A DNA stretch of 64,000 bases, taken from the NCBI GenBank assembly GCA_964057225.1, contig OZ059896.1, positions 6,820,001 to 6,884,000 of the forward strand. Direction: 5' to 3'. Shown piece after piece: positions 17,389 through 32,403 of the stretch. Each line of letters begins with the position of its first letter. Position 1 is the stretch's first letter. The DNA is from Auanema rhodensis. Taxonomy: Eukaryota > Animalia > Nematoda. A program made the position numbers and the translations under genes. Under the pieces are notes generated by a model. That model had not been told where the DNA came from. It was given only the letters and a program-made list of their open reading frames with translations, and made no database searches.

Positions 17389-18917
17389 ATGTCCAGTTAT
17401 CAGGTAGTTAATATTGGTTTTCCTGATTGTATCTTTTATTTTATTAGATCCAGCAATTACTCATCACAAGCAAAGCAAAATATATAGAATCATCTAAACC
17501 TGATATTTTATCTGCTCTTCAACAATTTAAAGACATAGTTGCTGAAACAGAAAGTCATTTATTTCCTGATGGGAAGCGCCGTTTAGCGTTTACTTTAAGG
17601 GGGACCATTCCTGTCGTTTATAAAGTGATTTTATACAGTATTTAATAATTTTTTAAAATTCATTGTATAGGGTGGATGCTACAATATTCCAATTGCTGTA
17701 TATCTTTGGGATACACATCCATATTATGCTCCCGTTTGTTTTGTTAGACCAACTAGCACAATGGTTGTTAAAGAATCTGAAAGTGTCAATAAAGAAGGAA
17801 GGATTTTCCTACCTTATTTAAATGAATGGAGATATCCTGGTTATGATTTAGTAACACTGTTACAGGTATTCACAAATTTTAAACATGTTATTTTTTTTGT
17901 ATTAGATCATGTCCATGATTTTCCAAGAGCGATGTCCTGTGTTTGCTAAGAGCACCTCTTCCTCAAAGGTTACCTCAACTGCGACGTCTACACCAGTTAC
18001 TACGAATCAACCTTCACCTTCCGTTGCAAGCAATCCAACGCCGTACCCTACCGCTTCTTATCCAACGGGAATTCCTACTCCATATCCAGCCAATGCTGCA
18101 AGTTTTCCAACACCAAATACGCCTTACCCTATGGGATCTAATTCTATAAAGTCAGTTTATTAATATTATTGATACTTACGTTTTAATTTGTAGTACTCCT
18201 TATATGAATTCTACACAAACAGTTGCGTATCCAGGTGCTCGGCCTGTAAGACCATCACCTCCTCTTCCACCCGGAACTATTCAGTCCGATACTATACGTG
18301 CTTCGTTGATAAGTGCATTAGAAGATAAATTCAGACTTCGTCTGCGTGACCAGATAGGTATCAATTATATATATATATTCTTTCTTGATTTAAGTAACAT
18401 TGATTAGGTACTAATTATGCTGAAATGGCTTCAATAAGCCAGACCAAGAAAGAGTTACAAGCGGGTCAAATCAAACTAAAACAAATGATTGACGAGTTGG
18501 AATCTGCTCAAAATGGAATAGACGGATTTATCAGAGCATATTCGGTAGGATTGCAAACTTTATAACTTAAGTTATGTTTGTTTAGGCCAAAAAATCTGAA
18601 TTGGACAAGGCTATTCTTCAAAATAATGAATCAGATTCGAGTATAGACAGTTCTATAGATGCTACTACGCCATTGCATAAACAGCTTCTTGATAACTATG
18701 CGAGTGATTTAGCTTGTGACGACACCATTTATACATTAGGTTCGTTATACGGTTGAGAGAAAAAAAAATTAATTTTGCCATTACAGGACAAGCACGTATC
18801 AAAGGTGTGCTTTCTCTCCAAGACTATTTACGACATGTTCGATCTATCTCTAGAAAACAATTTGAATACAGAGCTACAATGCAAAAATGTCGACGTGTTG
18901 CGGGTTTGCCCCTCTGA
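17389..18917 (+). CDS. tsg-101: ESCRT-I subunit TSG101
   Basis: UEV domain (LRGTIPVVYKGGCYNIPIAVYLWDTHPYYAPVCFVRPT), Pro-rich region, coiled coil, and steadiness box (YLRHVRSISRKQFEYRATMQKCRRVAGLPL*). Confidence 0.95.
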
Positions 18918-19244
18918 GTTTCATATTTTTACTTACCTTTTTGTGATATATCTTTGTCGATCTGAAATTGTTGTATGAGTTGTGATGCTTTCTCGGTTTC
19001 TTTAAACTACGTTCCTATTTATTTTAACTTGCCTTGATTTGTCGAGCAAAACTCTTATAATTCCCCTAATTCGTTCAGAACTGCTTAGTGTCCGGTACAT
19101 ATTTCTATTTATAACTATTATGTGAGAAAAAGTTATTTATACAGGATTTTTTTTTCTTTATCGTTTTTTGGCGATTGCTATATATATATATATAACTTTA
19201 TTAATGCATTAAACTTAAATGTTAGTATATCCTTTTTCAGAGCC

Positions 19245-20041
<797 letters not shown>

Positions 20042-20583
20042 TAATTCTAAAGATTATGTTGAAACTGGCTTTCGCAATGTTCTATTTATGTGCTTCCTGA
20101 GTCGCCGTGTCTTATGCTACATACTCTTTGTGCCCACTTATCATGCTCATACAGCTTCTACGGTCGTCCTCAGTCAACCTAAGTGCACTCTTATCATTGT
20201 GAATTTTTGCTCGTTTTATATATACGGCACTAAAATATTTCATATCTGGTTATGTTTGTGTATGTTCTGAATGTAAGAGGCTATATCGAAATCTATCTTG
20301 CTATCTAATCGCTCCTCTAAATATTAGGTTTTTGTTTCCATTTTCGCCTTTACATACTTATTTTATTTATCTCTTTATGATCAGATTTGCTATTTCTATT
20401 TAACATTATCAATAAACATTAACTGTTCCATATATCTTGAGTAGTGTAGTAGTAGTAGAACTACATATTCCTCTGAAAATAATATAACAGATTTAGGTGG
20501 GAAAATTGCTTATATTTTGTTTCGATGAAGTATCCATACAGATTAGTTTCTCAACACGTCAAGTTCTTTTTTGTTTATTTTTT

Positions 20584-21705
20584 TTGTTTGAAAAAAGCAA
20601 CACTTGGAATAATACAATAGCCAAACAAATTGACTTTGTTATTTCTCATAGACTTTCTAAACAATCATATCGGACTTTAATCTCGTAGAATTTCAAAGTT
20701 CAATCTATGGATATTATGCTTAAATGAATAATAAGAATAAAATAGCTAATTATAATTAAAAGACACATGTAAAGACAAAATCTTTAAGGTTAAAATATTT
20801 TGGAGCTTGTTTTTAAATTTTGAAAATATGAAGGTGAATGTTTCTGAAAAATATTCACATTCTGATTTGGTCATCTTCAATTCACCTAATGGTTATCAGA
20901 CAATATACATACGTCCATAGATGTTAATAGTCAAGAATCTTGAATTTATGAATATTTATACAAAATTATGATTTAACTGTATTTAAAATAAAAATAATAT
21001 GTATTTTTTTGGAAATGATTTGTGGAATGACTTATGGCATAATATTATTGGTACTATAAGAACATCCATGTTTGCATGTTATATTATATTTAAAAAATAA
21101 TATATAGACAAAATGATAAATAATCAAATAATCGTCATAAATTAATTTCTTTCAAAAATGCTAGAAAGCCACAAAACGAGGAAGCTATTTTTAAATTGAC
21201 TTTGGCTAGTTTTATCTCTATCTTATATAGAATAAAAATGTTTTTCGACTTTCGAAAAAAATGTTGTGATGTGTGTATTCATGTTGGATTTCAACGTCAC
21301 TCATGGTTAGCTAGTTTATCCTGAACCTAATTTTAAACTCAAGTGCAATTTATTACATATATGCTCCAATAGTCTGTATATCTAATTTAGGTGCAGAAAG
21401 AATGAAACGGAAATTATATGAATCAAAAGTTCGTCATCTTCATAGTAACCATGCTAAATCTGGAAGCAAATTGACTTCCAATGATATCGATAACTTATTC
21501 GTTTAGCAAAGTGAACTTTCTTTTTTTCATCAAACACAGAAAAAGGAAAAAGGAGAGAGACAATATTTGTAAATTATGGATACACAGTAGTTTCGCACAG
21601 CTAAGCATTATTTGTTTACTTTTTTTGTTTGAAAAAATTAACACTTGGAATAATACAGTTGCTAAACAAAATGTCTTTGTTATTTCTCACAGGCTTTCTA
21701 AACAA
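20584..21705. repeat. 81-bp direct repeat pair (20584-20664 and 21625-21705), each copy a fold-back
   Basis: 72/81 identity by manual alignment. The ends TTGTTTGAAA and TTTCTAAACAA are nearly complementary. Confidence 0.85.
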
Positions 21706-22908
21706 GGTGTATAACCGTAAAGTTTGAATAATTAATTTGCCAACTCTAATCAATATTCATAAATATGTATATATACTCTTTAAATTTTTAAATTTTTTTT
21801 CAAAGTGTAATACTACCATGATTTATTGCCATACTTATATTGGAATGAGAATAAATAACTAAGAATCCAATTGCGTTTTTGAAAACTTTCTTACTTTAAC
21901 TACTGAATTAATTTTATTTATCTGTATCAGATATTTAAGAGTTTCGAAGATATGTATATACTGTATTTCCGATTTCTTTCAATCCCATCACATGCTTTCA
22001 AGCAATAAATTTCATTTGAATAATTTGCTATCATTACTTAGTAATTGCATAATGGTGATGCAGAATTTTTCCTTTAACAATATTTGGTGATTCTATTCTT
22101 ATTTAAAGTGTGAGGAACACATAAATACAAGAGGCCATTAGAAAAAAGAATTCAATATTTTTCAGATCTCTATGTATAGCATAGCTGAAACGAGTGTCAT
22201 TACATCTATTATGGGTTGTCGAGTATTTTCTGCAGACATTTTCGTCTGTCTCATAGGGAGAACTTCAAAAAAATTGTCGTCTTCAAAGTGGTATCGTTGT
22301 TATTAGTGACCACAAGCTTTTTCATTGAAAATTGTATTCGTTTTGGAAAAAAATATGTTTTCATTTATTCGCAAAATCCTTTTTTATCATTTTGATTGAT
22401 AAACAAATTTCATCATACATATTCTAAATAAATTTGACCTTGCTTTAGATAAACTTTTAAATATTTCCCATCTTGAGTATCTCATGGCTTATATTAAATA
22501 TTGGTTTTGAACGATTATTCTTACTTCTCTAAAAAAAGATTTTTTTGATTGTTTCTCACCTCTTGTCAATGAAATGAATATTTTAAATATTGCATTATGT
22601 TTTATCTATAATACTTAGAAGAAACAGGAAAAAAATTTAGAGTAAATTTATAAAAAAATTATATATTTCTTAAATTTCCGCTGGAAATTAGCCAATAGCA
22701 TCAAACCTTAGTTGTGAACAGCGGATACTACACAGCTTTGTTCTTCTTTGTTCAACCAACTTCTCCGATTTTGTTCTTATTGTGCTCTATAATTTCTATT
22801 AAAGGATGTACGACGTATGCTAAATGTGGGTGGAGACAAGGGACGGGAAGAAGCATAGATTGAGACCGCCCCCAGCTCAGACACATTTTCGGCAAAAGCA
22901 CAACTAAG

Positions 22909-24612
22909 ATGATGCGTCTCCTCATCTGTCTTATGGTAATCCTCAATGCTTTAACACAAGCATATTACATTGGTAATCCAGATTACTACGGACGCGCTGA
23001 TGTAGTCAGGTATGTGAATGTTACCGTTCCAAGTATTGCTGTTTGATTTCCTCTTTAAATCCAACAAAGTGGATTCTTTGTTCTACTGATGGACACTTCT
23101 TCTTTTATTCAATGTTGAGTACAATCCTTTATCTCAAAACAGTGAAAGGAGATTGGTTGAATATAAGAACTACTGTCTTTTTTCAAATTCGATTTTATCG
23201 CACTGCTCGAAATATTTAATCTCTAAAACAGAGCATTTCCAGATAGATGAGGGAAATTTCTAAGTAATCCTGGGAAATTTATATTTTCTTTTCTTGTTTA
23301 CTGTCGATTTTTCATCCATTTATACGTAGTTATATGAATATAATATATATATATATATATATATATACTACTACTACTATAGACGAATACCTACGTTGAT
23401 ATAAACTTCTTAAAAAATAAACATTCGCATGATTGCACTTTATTACATGTGAAATATTATCCTAATATGGTTTTTGAGTTTAAAGTTCGGATAATAAAGT
23501 GATGTCATAGTCGTGTGCTTTTGAAATCTTGTTCATGAACTACTATATTCTGAGGAATCGGAGATAGCTAGTTAGTGTCTGAAACTATGTCTAGCTCTTA
23601 CTTAACCATAAAACAGTTAGCATTCGATATGTCGGCATCTTCATCTCCATCATACACATCTTCTATTCATTCTTCTTTTTCTGGCGATGATGACGATGAT
23701 GATCATCCCCTTATGCTGTAATCGACAAAATGAAGTTATCTCGATCGAGTCATGACTTGCTTCTTGATTAGTCGAGGGAATTCAATCATTTCCACATCGT
23801 GACTCTTGCTCTACCGTACTTGACAGCTTCATAAGTCATATATACAAGCAAAATCTCAGAATGGAAAACTTTCTGAAAAGAATCATTTGAACATCTGAGC
23901 AGTTATCTGTCTTTGATATATATTGAAAAACATTTCATAAATTAGAGTATAATAATACATGCTCTAATATAGAAAACAGTAGTTAAAAGAAGTTAACAAC
24001 TAGAATAAAGTGAAGAAAAGCCTATTTTAATATCTTTTTGATCTTTCCTATCAAATGATAACCAAGTTTAATATGTAAAAGGTATACCTTTATCTCGATT
24101 TACTCGTGAAGGATAATGGTGATAGCATTTTCCTCGGTTTTTCATTATGAACAGGATTACATGACGAAAATCATAACCTTTACTCATATTTCGAAAATAC
24201 ATTCATAGTCTTACATTCAAAAAAGACAAAAACAAAACGCGATATATTTTATATTTTCTTATCAATTTTTTTTTATTCTTACACATTCACTACTATCAGT
24301 CTCTCTCTCTCTCTCTCGACTTTACCAATCTTCATGCATACCATTTTTAGGTTATGAAATAAATATTTTTATGCGAGACGGCATCGTTTCTTAAGCTTTC
24401 GAGTATTTATGAATTGAAAGTTTTATTGCAGACTGATGAAAGCAGATGAATATCCCGTCGTGATGCCGGAACTATGGCCAGAAGCAGATAACAACAGCCG
24501 AAAACAGCCGTTGACATCGTTTCAAAAAGAAAAGAAAGCAGCGTTTGCACCTATTAAGAGATTCCGTCCTTGCTACTATTCTCCTATACAATGTTTAATC
24601 AAACGCAGATAG
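22909..24612 (+). CDS. 93-aa neuropeptide precursor, allatostatin-C/somatostatin-like (predicted peptide FRPCYYSPIQCLI)
   Basis: Exon 1 (22909-23009, signal peptide MMRLLICLMVILNALTQA, donor AG|GTATGT) joins in phase to exon 2 (24432-24612, acceptor TTGCAG), ending ...KR-FRPCYYSPIQCLI-KRR*. Confidence 0.88.
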
Positions 24613-25110
24613 ATATTCTTTTGATACAAAAAAATTATTCAGGAGTTTGGAGTTTAACCTCAATCTACTGTTTCTTCCTTAATGATCCATGTTTTTAGAA
24701 AATAACGGTTTTTTTTGGTTTTTATTGTGTAATGAACCGTATGTTAACAACTAACGTGTATATATAATACATATATCGTTTATTTTTGAATATGATTACA
24801 TCATATATGGTTTAAATGAAAAAGCTAAGCTAAAAACCATAGAACAGACGACAAAAATTTAACTATGATAAATACAACTACAAGAAAATAACTGCTAAAT
24901 GGGATTTGTTCCGAGATGCTTGTTTCTGTACATAATCAACAAGCTATTCATAAATCAAAAATTAAAAAATCAATAACAGTTGAAAGTAACATTGCTTTAT
25001 CACAACTTGAGTTAGTTGAGCTAAGAAAGTGATTGACGAATCAATGTATGAGTAAAATTAACCAACATATAATTAAGATATATCTAAGATTTCAATATTA
25101 GGAAAAAATA

Positions 25111-26816
<1,706 letters not shown>

Positions 26817-27359
26817 TGGTAAAAGGAGACATCAAAAAAAGAGAAAAAAGACGAAATACTATTTTCATGCAACAACTACACTTTTTACATTCGTACAAGC
26901 ATAACAGAGAAAATCAAATCACCATGAGAGATACCTTGTTCTGTCGAAAAGGATTCCTACTCTGTTCAGGATTCTTTGTCGATTCTGTGTTTCCCATCAA
27001 TCGTTGAATTTAACTTCTGAGAGTTGATGGAACGTCAACCTACCATATCAGAATAAGACCATATGAAGGTACAACACTTCAGTACACATGCACATACACA
27101 TTAATCACAAAACAAAATCTTAGAAAATATTCACACTTCATACACATAAAGTTTTAACTTTCACAATGAGTAATCAAATGAAATACGTAAAGCTTATTTC
27201 CACCCAAAAAATCGCGCGCCCATTGCATATTTTGCAAAATGCCGCACAGTTTTTGAAGCAGAAGATAAATTCTTGTGAAGGCATATGGTGTTACATTTTT
27301 ATCATCCTTATCTTTATTGATAATTATGCATGAATTATTTTAAAAGTATAGTTTTCGAG

Positions 27360-29115
27360 ATGGATGATGATGAGGAATACAGTGATCTTGAAGATGCAGA
27401 GTTTAACTTTCAACCAAGGATTTTTGAACGAATACAATTTTTACAATTCAACGGTCGACAGATCATGGATGATGATACTCTTGATACTGATGACGATGAT
27501 AATCCAATGAGCGAGAATGGACATGAATCTCAATCAGATGAAGAGGAGGCAACAATTACTGTAAGATAGAAGTATTACACGCATCATGGTTACCTTAAGG
27601 ACGGCCCTCATAACTATCTTTTCTGTGCTCCAACTGAATTGCCAAGCTCCGAGAATACTTCTTATTACGAGCCTTTTAGTATTCAAACTCTGCCATGTCT
27701 AGTAATGCGGCATATTAGTTTTCCCGGTACAAATACTAATCAGATTTCTTCAACTTTTTTTAATTATTAAGGGCAAAGAGTGGCAATGAAATACACATTG
27801 TGCAATCGTGCATACACTATTATGCAAGCGGTTGACGATAAGATGCCCATCATTTTATATTTTCCTGATGTTGATGGAGGTCAGAAGCATCCGATTGGAT
27901 GTTTATTACAGGTATAACTTCTCACAAAACCTATTTGGCAATTATTAAGTACTAGTTAACGAGAGTCGAGCAAACATCAAGCTACATTAGTGCCGTAGGA
28001 GTTCTCCGAGATCGTGTAGAATTAATCGAGCTTCCATCACTAAATGTTGAGTGAGTTAAAATTTATCAATTTGTTTGTATCTATTTATCTTTCTATATCT
28101 ATATATATGTGTGTGTTTTAGACCCTTTGAAGCATATACAGCTCAATGCCGCATATTACGAGATTTGAATTTCCCCAGTCCACGTGATTTTCTACCAAGT
28201 CAATATGCTGGACTTCCTGAATATTCTGTTTGTATATACACTGTTAAGAAGGCAATAATTGTTTTTCAGAAGTTAGATATGATGTGCTCCATCACAAACA
28301 TGTTGCCATGGGTGTATAAACAGTTTAGTTCCGTAAGATATCTTTAGGCTGCAATTTTGTTGTAAATGTTTTGTTTAGCCTACTTTTGTTGAAACATTAT
28401 GGAAAAACATGACCATTTGGTATTCAGAGGAAGCTATAGATCAGCATTTTCGCTTAGTGCGTTAACTGAAATTTACTGTGCTGATTATTATTTTGAAGGG
28501 CTTAAAAGAATTTGTGTATTGGGCTGCGAGCCATTTAATGCTGTCTGAAAAACATAAGTATGCACTGTTGTGCGAGGATTATTTGGAAGCCCGGTTGGCT
28601 ATAGTTATAAGAACATTAGAATCATTAGTAAGTATGATGATTATATGAAAATCATCTCAGTGGATTTTTTTTTCAATTCATATCTACCAATTTCAGAAAA
28701 ATTGTTCTATCGTTTGCCGCAAATGTTCTTTACCTATTACAGAGTTGCAGCATGTAATAAGAATCTCACAAGATAGTGTTTTCATAAATAATTGTAAGAA
28801 TTCGTTTTTTTTTTATTTATAGTATCAATTTTGTTCAGATGGCTTTACCCATGATCTGATTACATTCCAGTCAATCGCTGGATTTGAAGCAGTTGGACGA
28901 AGAAGTATGGAATATACATGGTTTCCTGAGTGAGTTTACAAGTATTAGTACTCCGTTCTCAAATTATTATTAGATATTCCTGGCTAATTTTGCGATGTAT
29001 CAGATGTCATAATCATATCGGCTGGGAATATGCTTCAGAAGTTCATACTCCCGCAATATTCTATGGCCTCACTCGCCGAGCTGTAAAAACTTTAGAAAAG
29101 TGTGCACTTGCATAG
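27360..29115 (+). CDS. CRBN: cereblon homologue (acidic N-terminus, LON-N/helical region, CULT domain)
   Basis: HNYL and LVFPGQ motifs at the N-end. The CULT domain has CRKC...CIRC zinc site, INNYGFTHD, EYTWFPEYSW, HIGWEY and FYGLTRRAV. Confidence 0.88.
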
Positions 29116-30452
29116 TTCTTCTTCGTGTTCCAAGTTCTTGATTGTTGTTACTGTTAACTTATTTCAAAGGGAAGATTTCATCAATTGTACATATTAGAGT
29201 TATATATTATACGTATTTTTATTCAATGCTTTTTTTGTATACTTGCGGTTCTGTCTTATGATTATAAAAATGTTTTTTATACAATATTGTAATACATCTA
29301 AGTGTAAAGGAAATAGCAAAGTTTTGGTATATATTATGTATACATGTGTATTCTTCCTCTACTTCATATAATTATTGACTTCATAATATTCGGAAATAAA
29401 TGAACAAAAATCTAAGCATTCTTTCACCAAATTTTCATATGATTTTCGTCGAAGACAGCAAAATATTAATATACACTAAATTTGCTTTTGAGATATCAAA
29501 TCATACAAGTAAAAAATAAAGTCATAGAGACCGATCAATTTCGAAAAATTTTCAATTTTAATTTTTCTTTTCCCTCTGTATGAGAATCGTGATCTACATG
29601 AGCATCCAATATTTTGAAAATAAAATAATTTTATATTTTTAATTTTGAACAACTGTAAGATTTTTTCCGAGTTTAAGGGTTATATTAACCTGCGTAGATA
29701 AATTACTGATGGAAGAATCAGCGCTCTATTACGAAATGTACGTAAAAACATGCGGAAAACGAAAATCTACCGCTAGCATTGATGCGGGCACAAACGGAGT
29801 GTGCGATGGACGTTTTTGAATGTTTTATATTTATCGAATTTTAAAAATTTATGCTTTTTGAAGAAATTTTTAATAAATACAATTTATATTGAACATATTA
29901 TTAAATTAATTGGTAGTAGCATGTTTATTTTCTATAACATACATAGCTACCTTAGCACTTGTACGTATTCCATACTCTCTTATCTTTGTGGTTTGCGAAA
30001 CTGACTGCCTCAAATGCTTTCCAAAAGTATCAAGTTTGTAAAACATTTTTTCTTAAAATTCTGTAATGATTTTTTAGTTTCTCTAATGTTTATAATAATG
30101 AGGTTGCTAAATGGGAAAAAATACATAGATAAAGATGAAGAGAAAATACCTTCAGATTATCATGACATTTTCTTTTACCATTAGAAGGCCTGGCGTCCTA
30201 TGGGATGCTCCTCTTTATATAATTTAACAAAACCAGTTTTTTTCACAATATCTAGTCGGCAAAGTTTTGATTTGATTTGATGTTATTTCGAATTTGATTC
30301 TTAAAAATATCTGCGCTAAATATATAAATATGCACTGTTAAAAATGTTGTTTTGTTCGATGCTTGTAAATTCTGCAGATATAAAAATTACTAATTAATTC
30401 TTTTTTTAAGTTCGTTGTTTTTAATTGATAATTTAAATTGCATTTATTCTAG

Positions 30453-31289
30453 ATGGCAGACATCAAGCCTAATCACACTGTTTATATCAATAATTTGAAT
30501 GAAAAAGTTAAAAAAGAAGGTATGTTGCACTGTGATTCCGTCATTATATATTTTGTTCAGAACTCAAAAAGGCCTTACATGCTATTTTCACTCAATTTGG
30601 GGAGATAATCGGCATAATGTGTTTCAAAACGCTGAAAATGCGAGGACAAGCACACGTAATTTTTAAAGAGGTAAAATTTTTTGATTTCTCGATTAATATG
30701 AACAATATTTTAGATTTCATCTGCTTCCAACGCTGTTCGTGCTATGCAAGGATTTCCTTTCTATGATAAACCTATGGTATTCACTCTAATTTCCAATACT
30801 TAAATCTATTTTATTGTTGCAGCGCATTCAATTCGCTCGTGAAGATTCTGATGTTATTTCGAGAGCTAAAGGAATTGTTGTTGAACGGGCACCAAAGCTG
30901 CCTACTAAAGTACCAAAGAAGAAGAAGGTAAATATAAATTCGTTAGGAACAGTTTTTTTATTAATTTATTTTAGACCAAAGGATCCGGTACTGGTGAAGG
31001 TCCTGCTCCTCCTAACAAGATTTTGTTCTGTACTAACTTGCCCGATGATTGTACCACCGATATGCTTCAAATTTTGTTCCAACAGTTTGTCTCCTGTAAA
31101 AATATTCTAGCTAAACTATTATAATTCAGATTTCCCGGTCTTCGCGATATTCGTTTGGTACCTAATAGATCTGGAATTGCATTTGTTGAATTTGACAACG
31201 AAGATCTCTCCGCACCACCTAGAGCTGCATTAAATAACTTCAAAATTACACCTGAGCATCACATGAAGGTTGATTATGCAAAGAAGTAA
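30453..31289 (+). CDS. U1A/U2B''(SNF)-family snRNP protein (rnp-2/rnp-3 family)
   Basis: RRM1 [16 protein letters not shown]...[13 protein letters not shown]...[19 protein letters not shown]2 [12 protein letters not shown]...[15 protein letters not shown]...MKVDYAKK*. Confidence 0.95.
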
Positions 31290-31397
31290 TTATTTCTCGA
31301 ATTTTGTTTTGTTGTTGTTTCCTTATGTTATTATATTATCAATATGAATACATACGGTCATTGATGATCCTCATCTTCATTTTATATTCCTTATTTT

Positions 31398-31490
31398 AAT
31401 AAAAGTTCTCGATTAATATGGATAAAATATATATCATGTTATGAGCAAATATATCTTAAAAGAAACTACCAAGGTACTACTGTATTTTAG
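31398..31490 (+). promoter_or_regulatory. operon-type intercistronic region (poly(A) signal, Ur-like TATCTT, trans-splice acceptor)
   Basis: AATAAA at 31398-31403, TATCTT (UAYYUU) at 31452-31457, acceptor TATTTTAG ending at 31490, ATG at 31494. Confidence 0.6.
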
Positions 31491-31493
31491 CTT

Positions 31494-32403
31494 ATGAACT
31501 ATTTCAAATCAGCGGGCACTGTTTGGGCACTAAAAAATCTTAAGCCAAAGTAAGTCATTAAGAAATGAACACGCTATTGTATTAGGTGCCTTGAAGTTTA
31601 GCAGTTTGCCAAATTGTTCGAAATTGTGGTAAACTTAAAAAAGGCTGTATGAAAACATGTAGCTGTTGGAATTGCAAAGAAGTAGTTGATTGCGCAGAAC
31701 AGTTTTTTTGCAACAAATGTTTGTACTGATACTTTTGTCCTTCATGCAATTCTAATCCTAGGCGATCATATTCAACCTATCGGACAACAGAATTTATTTG
31801 AATACATGGGAATGGATACTGCTTATCGAATTGATGATGGAAAGTTGAAACAAAGGTAATAAAGTTATTATTAAGGCTTATCCAAAAAACATCATCGTTA
31901 AGGTTTCGCGATCTTCAATTCAAGCTTCATCCTGACAAATTTGCCCAAGCTACAGAAGCAGAAAAAATCATGTCAGATAACCATTCTAGACATTTAAACA
32001 AAGCTTTCAAAACTCTTTCGGAACCTTTATCAAGAGCACGATATTTGTTGGAGATACTAGGAGAACGAGATTCTTCTGGTTTTTCTAAATAAATTAAATT
32101 GTGAACTCAGTTATTCTTTTAGCTGATTTATCTCCTGAAAATCTTATGGAAATGATGGAATGGAACGAGAGAGTGGTGGAGATGGATTCCTCAAGTTTGT
32201 TAAAAGAAAAAGAAAATGTACAGGAGCACATAGTACAATGCTTGTCCGAACTACAAGATGCATTTTACGAAAAGAACATTAACGTGGTTAGTATTACATT
32301 ATTTGAATAGCTGATGATTATCTTTATTAAATAGGTAAAAGAAAAGGTAACTATGCTCAGTTATCTGTACTCTCTTCGCAAAAACATAGAAGAACGACTT
32401 TGA
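31494..32403 (+). CDS. dnj-15: HSCB/HSC20 Fe-S cluster co-chaperone (J-protein)
   Basis: CWNC...FCNKC zinc finger, J-domain FRDLQFKLHPDKF, LNKAFKTLSEPLSRARYLL and LMEMMEWNE. The start is uncertain (ATG 31494 after TATTTTAG, or ATG 31649). Confidence 0.88.

Noticed and set aside
21281-21506. Two-exon micro-ORF MLDFNVTHG|AERMKRKLYESKVRH...
   Set aside because: It is short, has no recognisable motif and is compatible with chance.
29668-29691. GGTTAATATAACCCTTAAACTCGG on the - strand resembling a spliced leader
   Set aside because: It has no AG|GT donor or Sm site and matches SL1/SL2 poorly.
30520-30531. TTGCAC in intron 1 of the U1A/U2B'' gene as an autoregulatory site
   Set aside because: It is not a full AUUGCAC, has no closing stem and occurs once.
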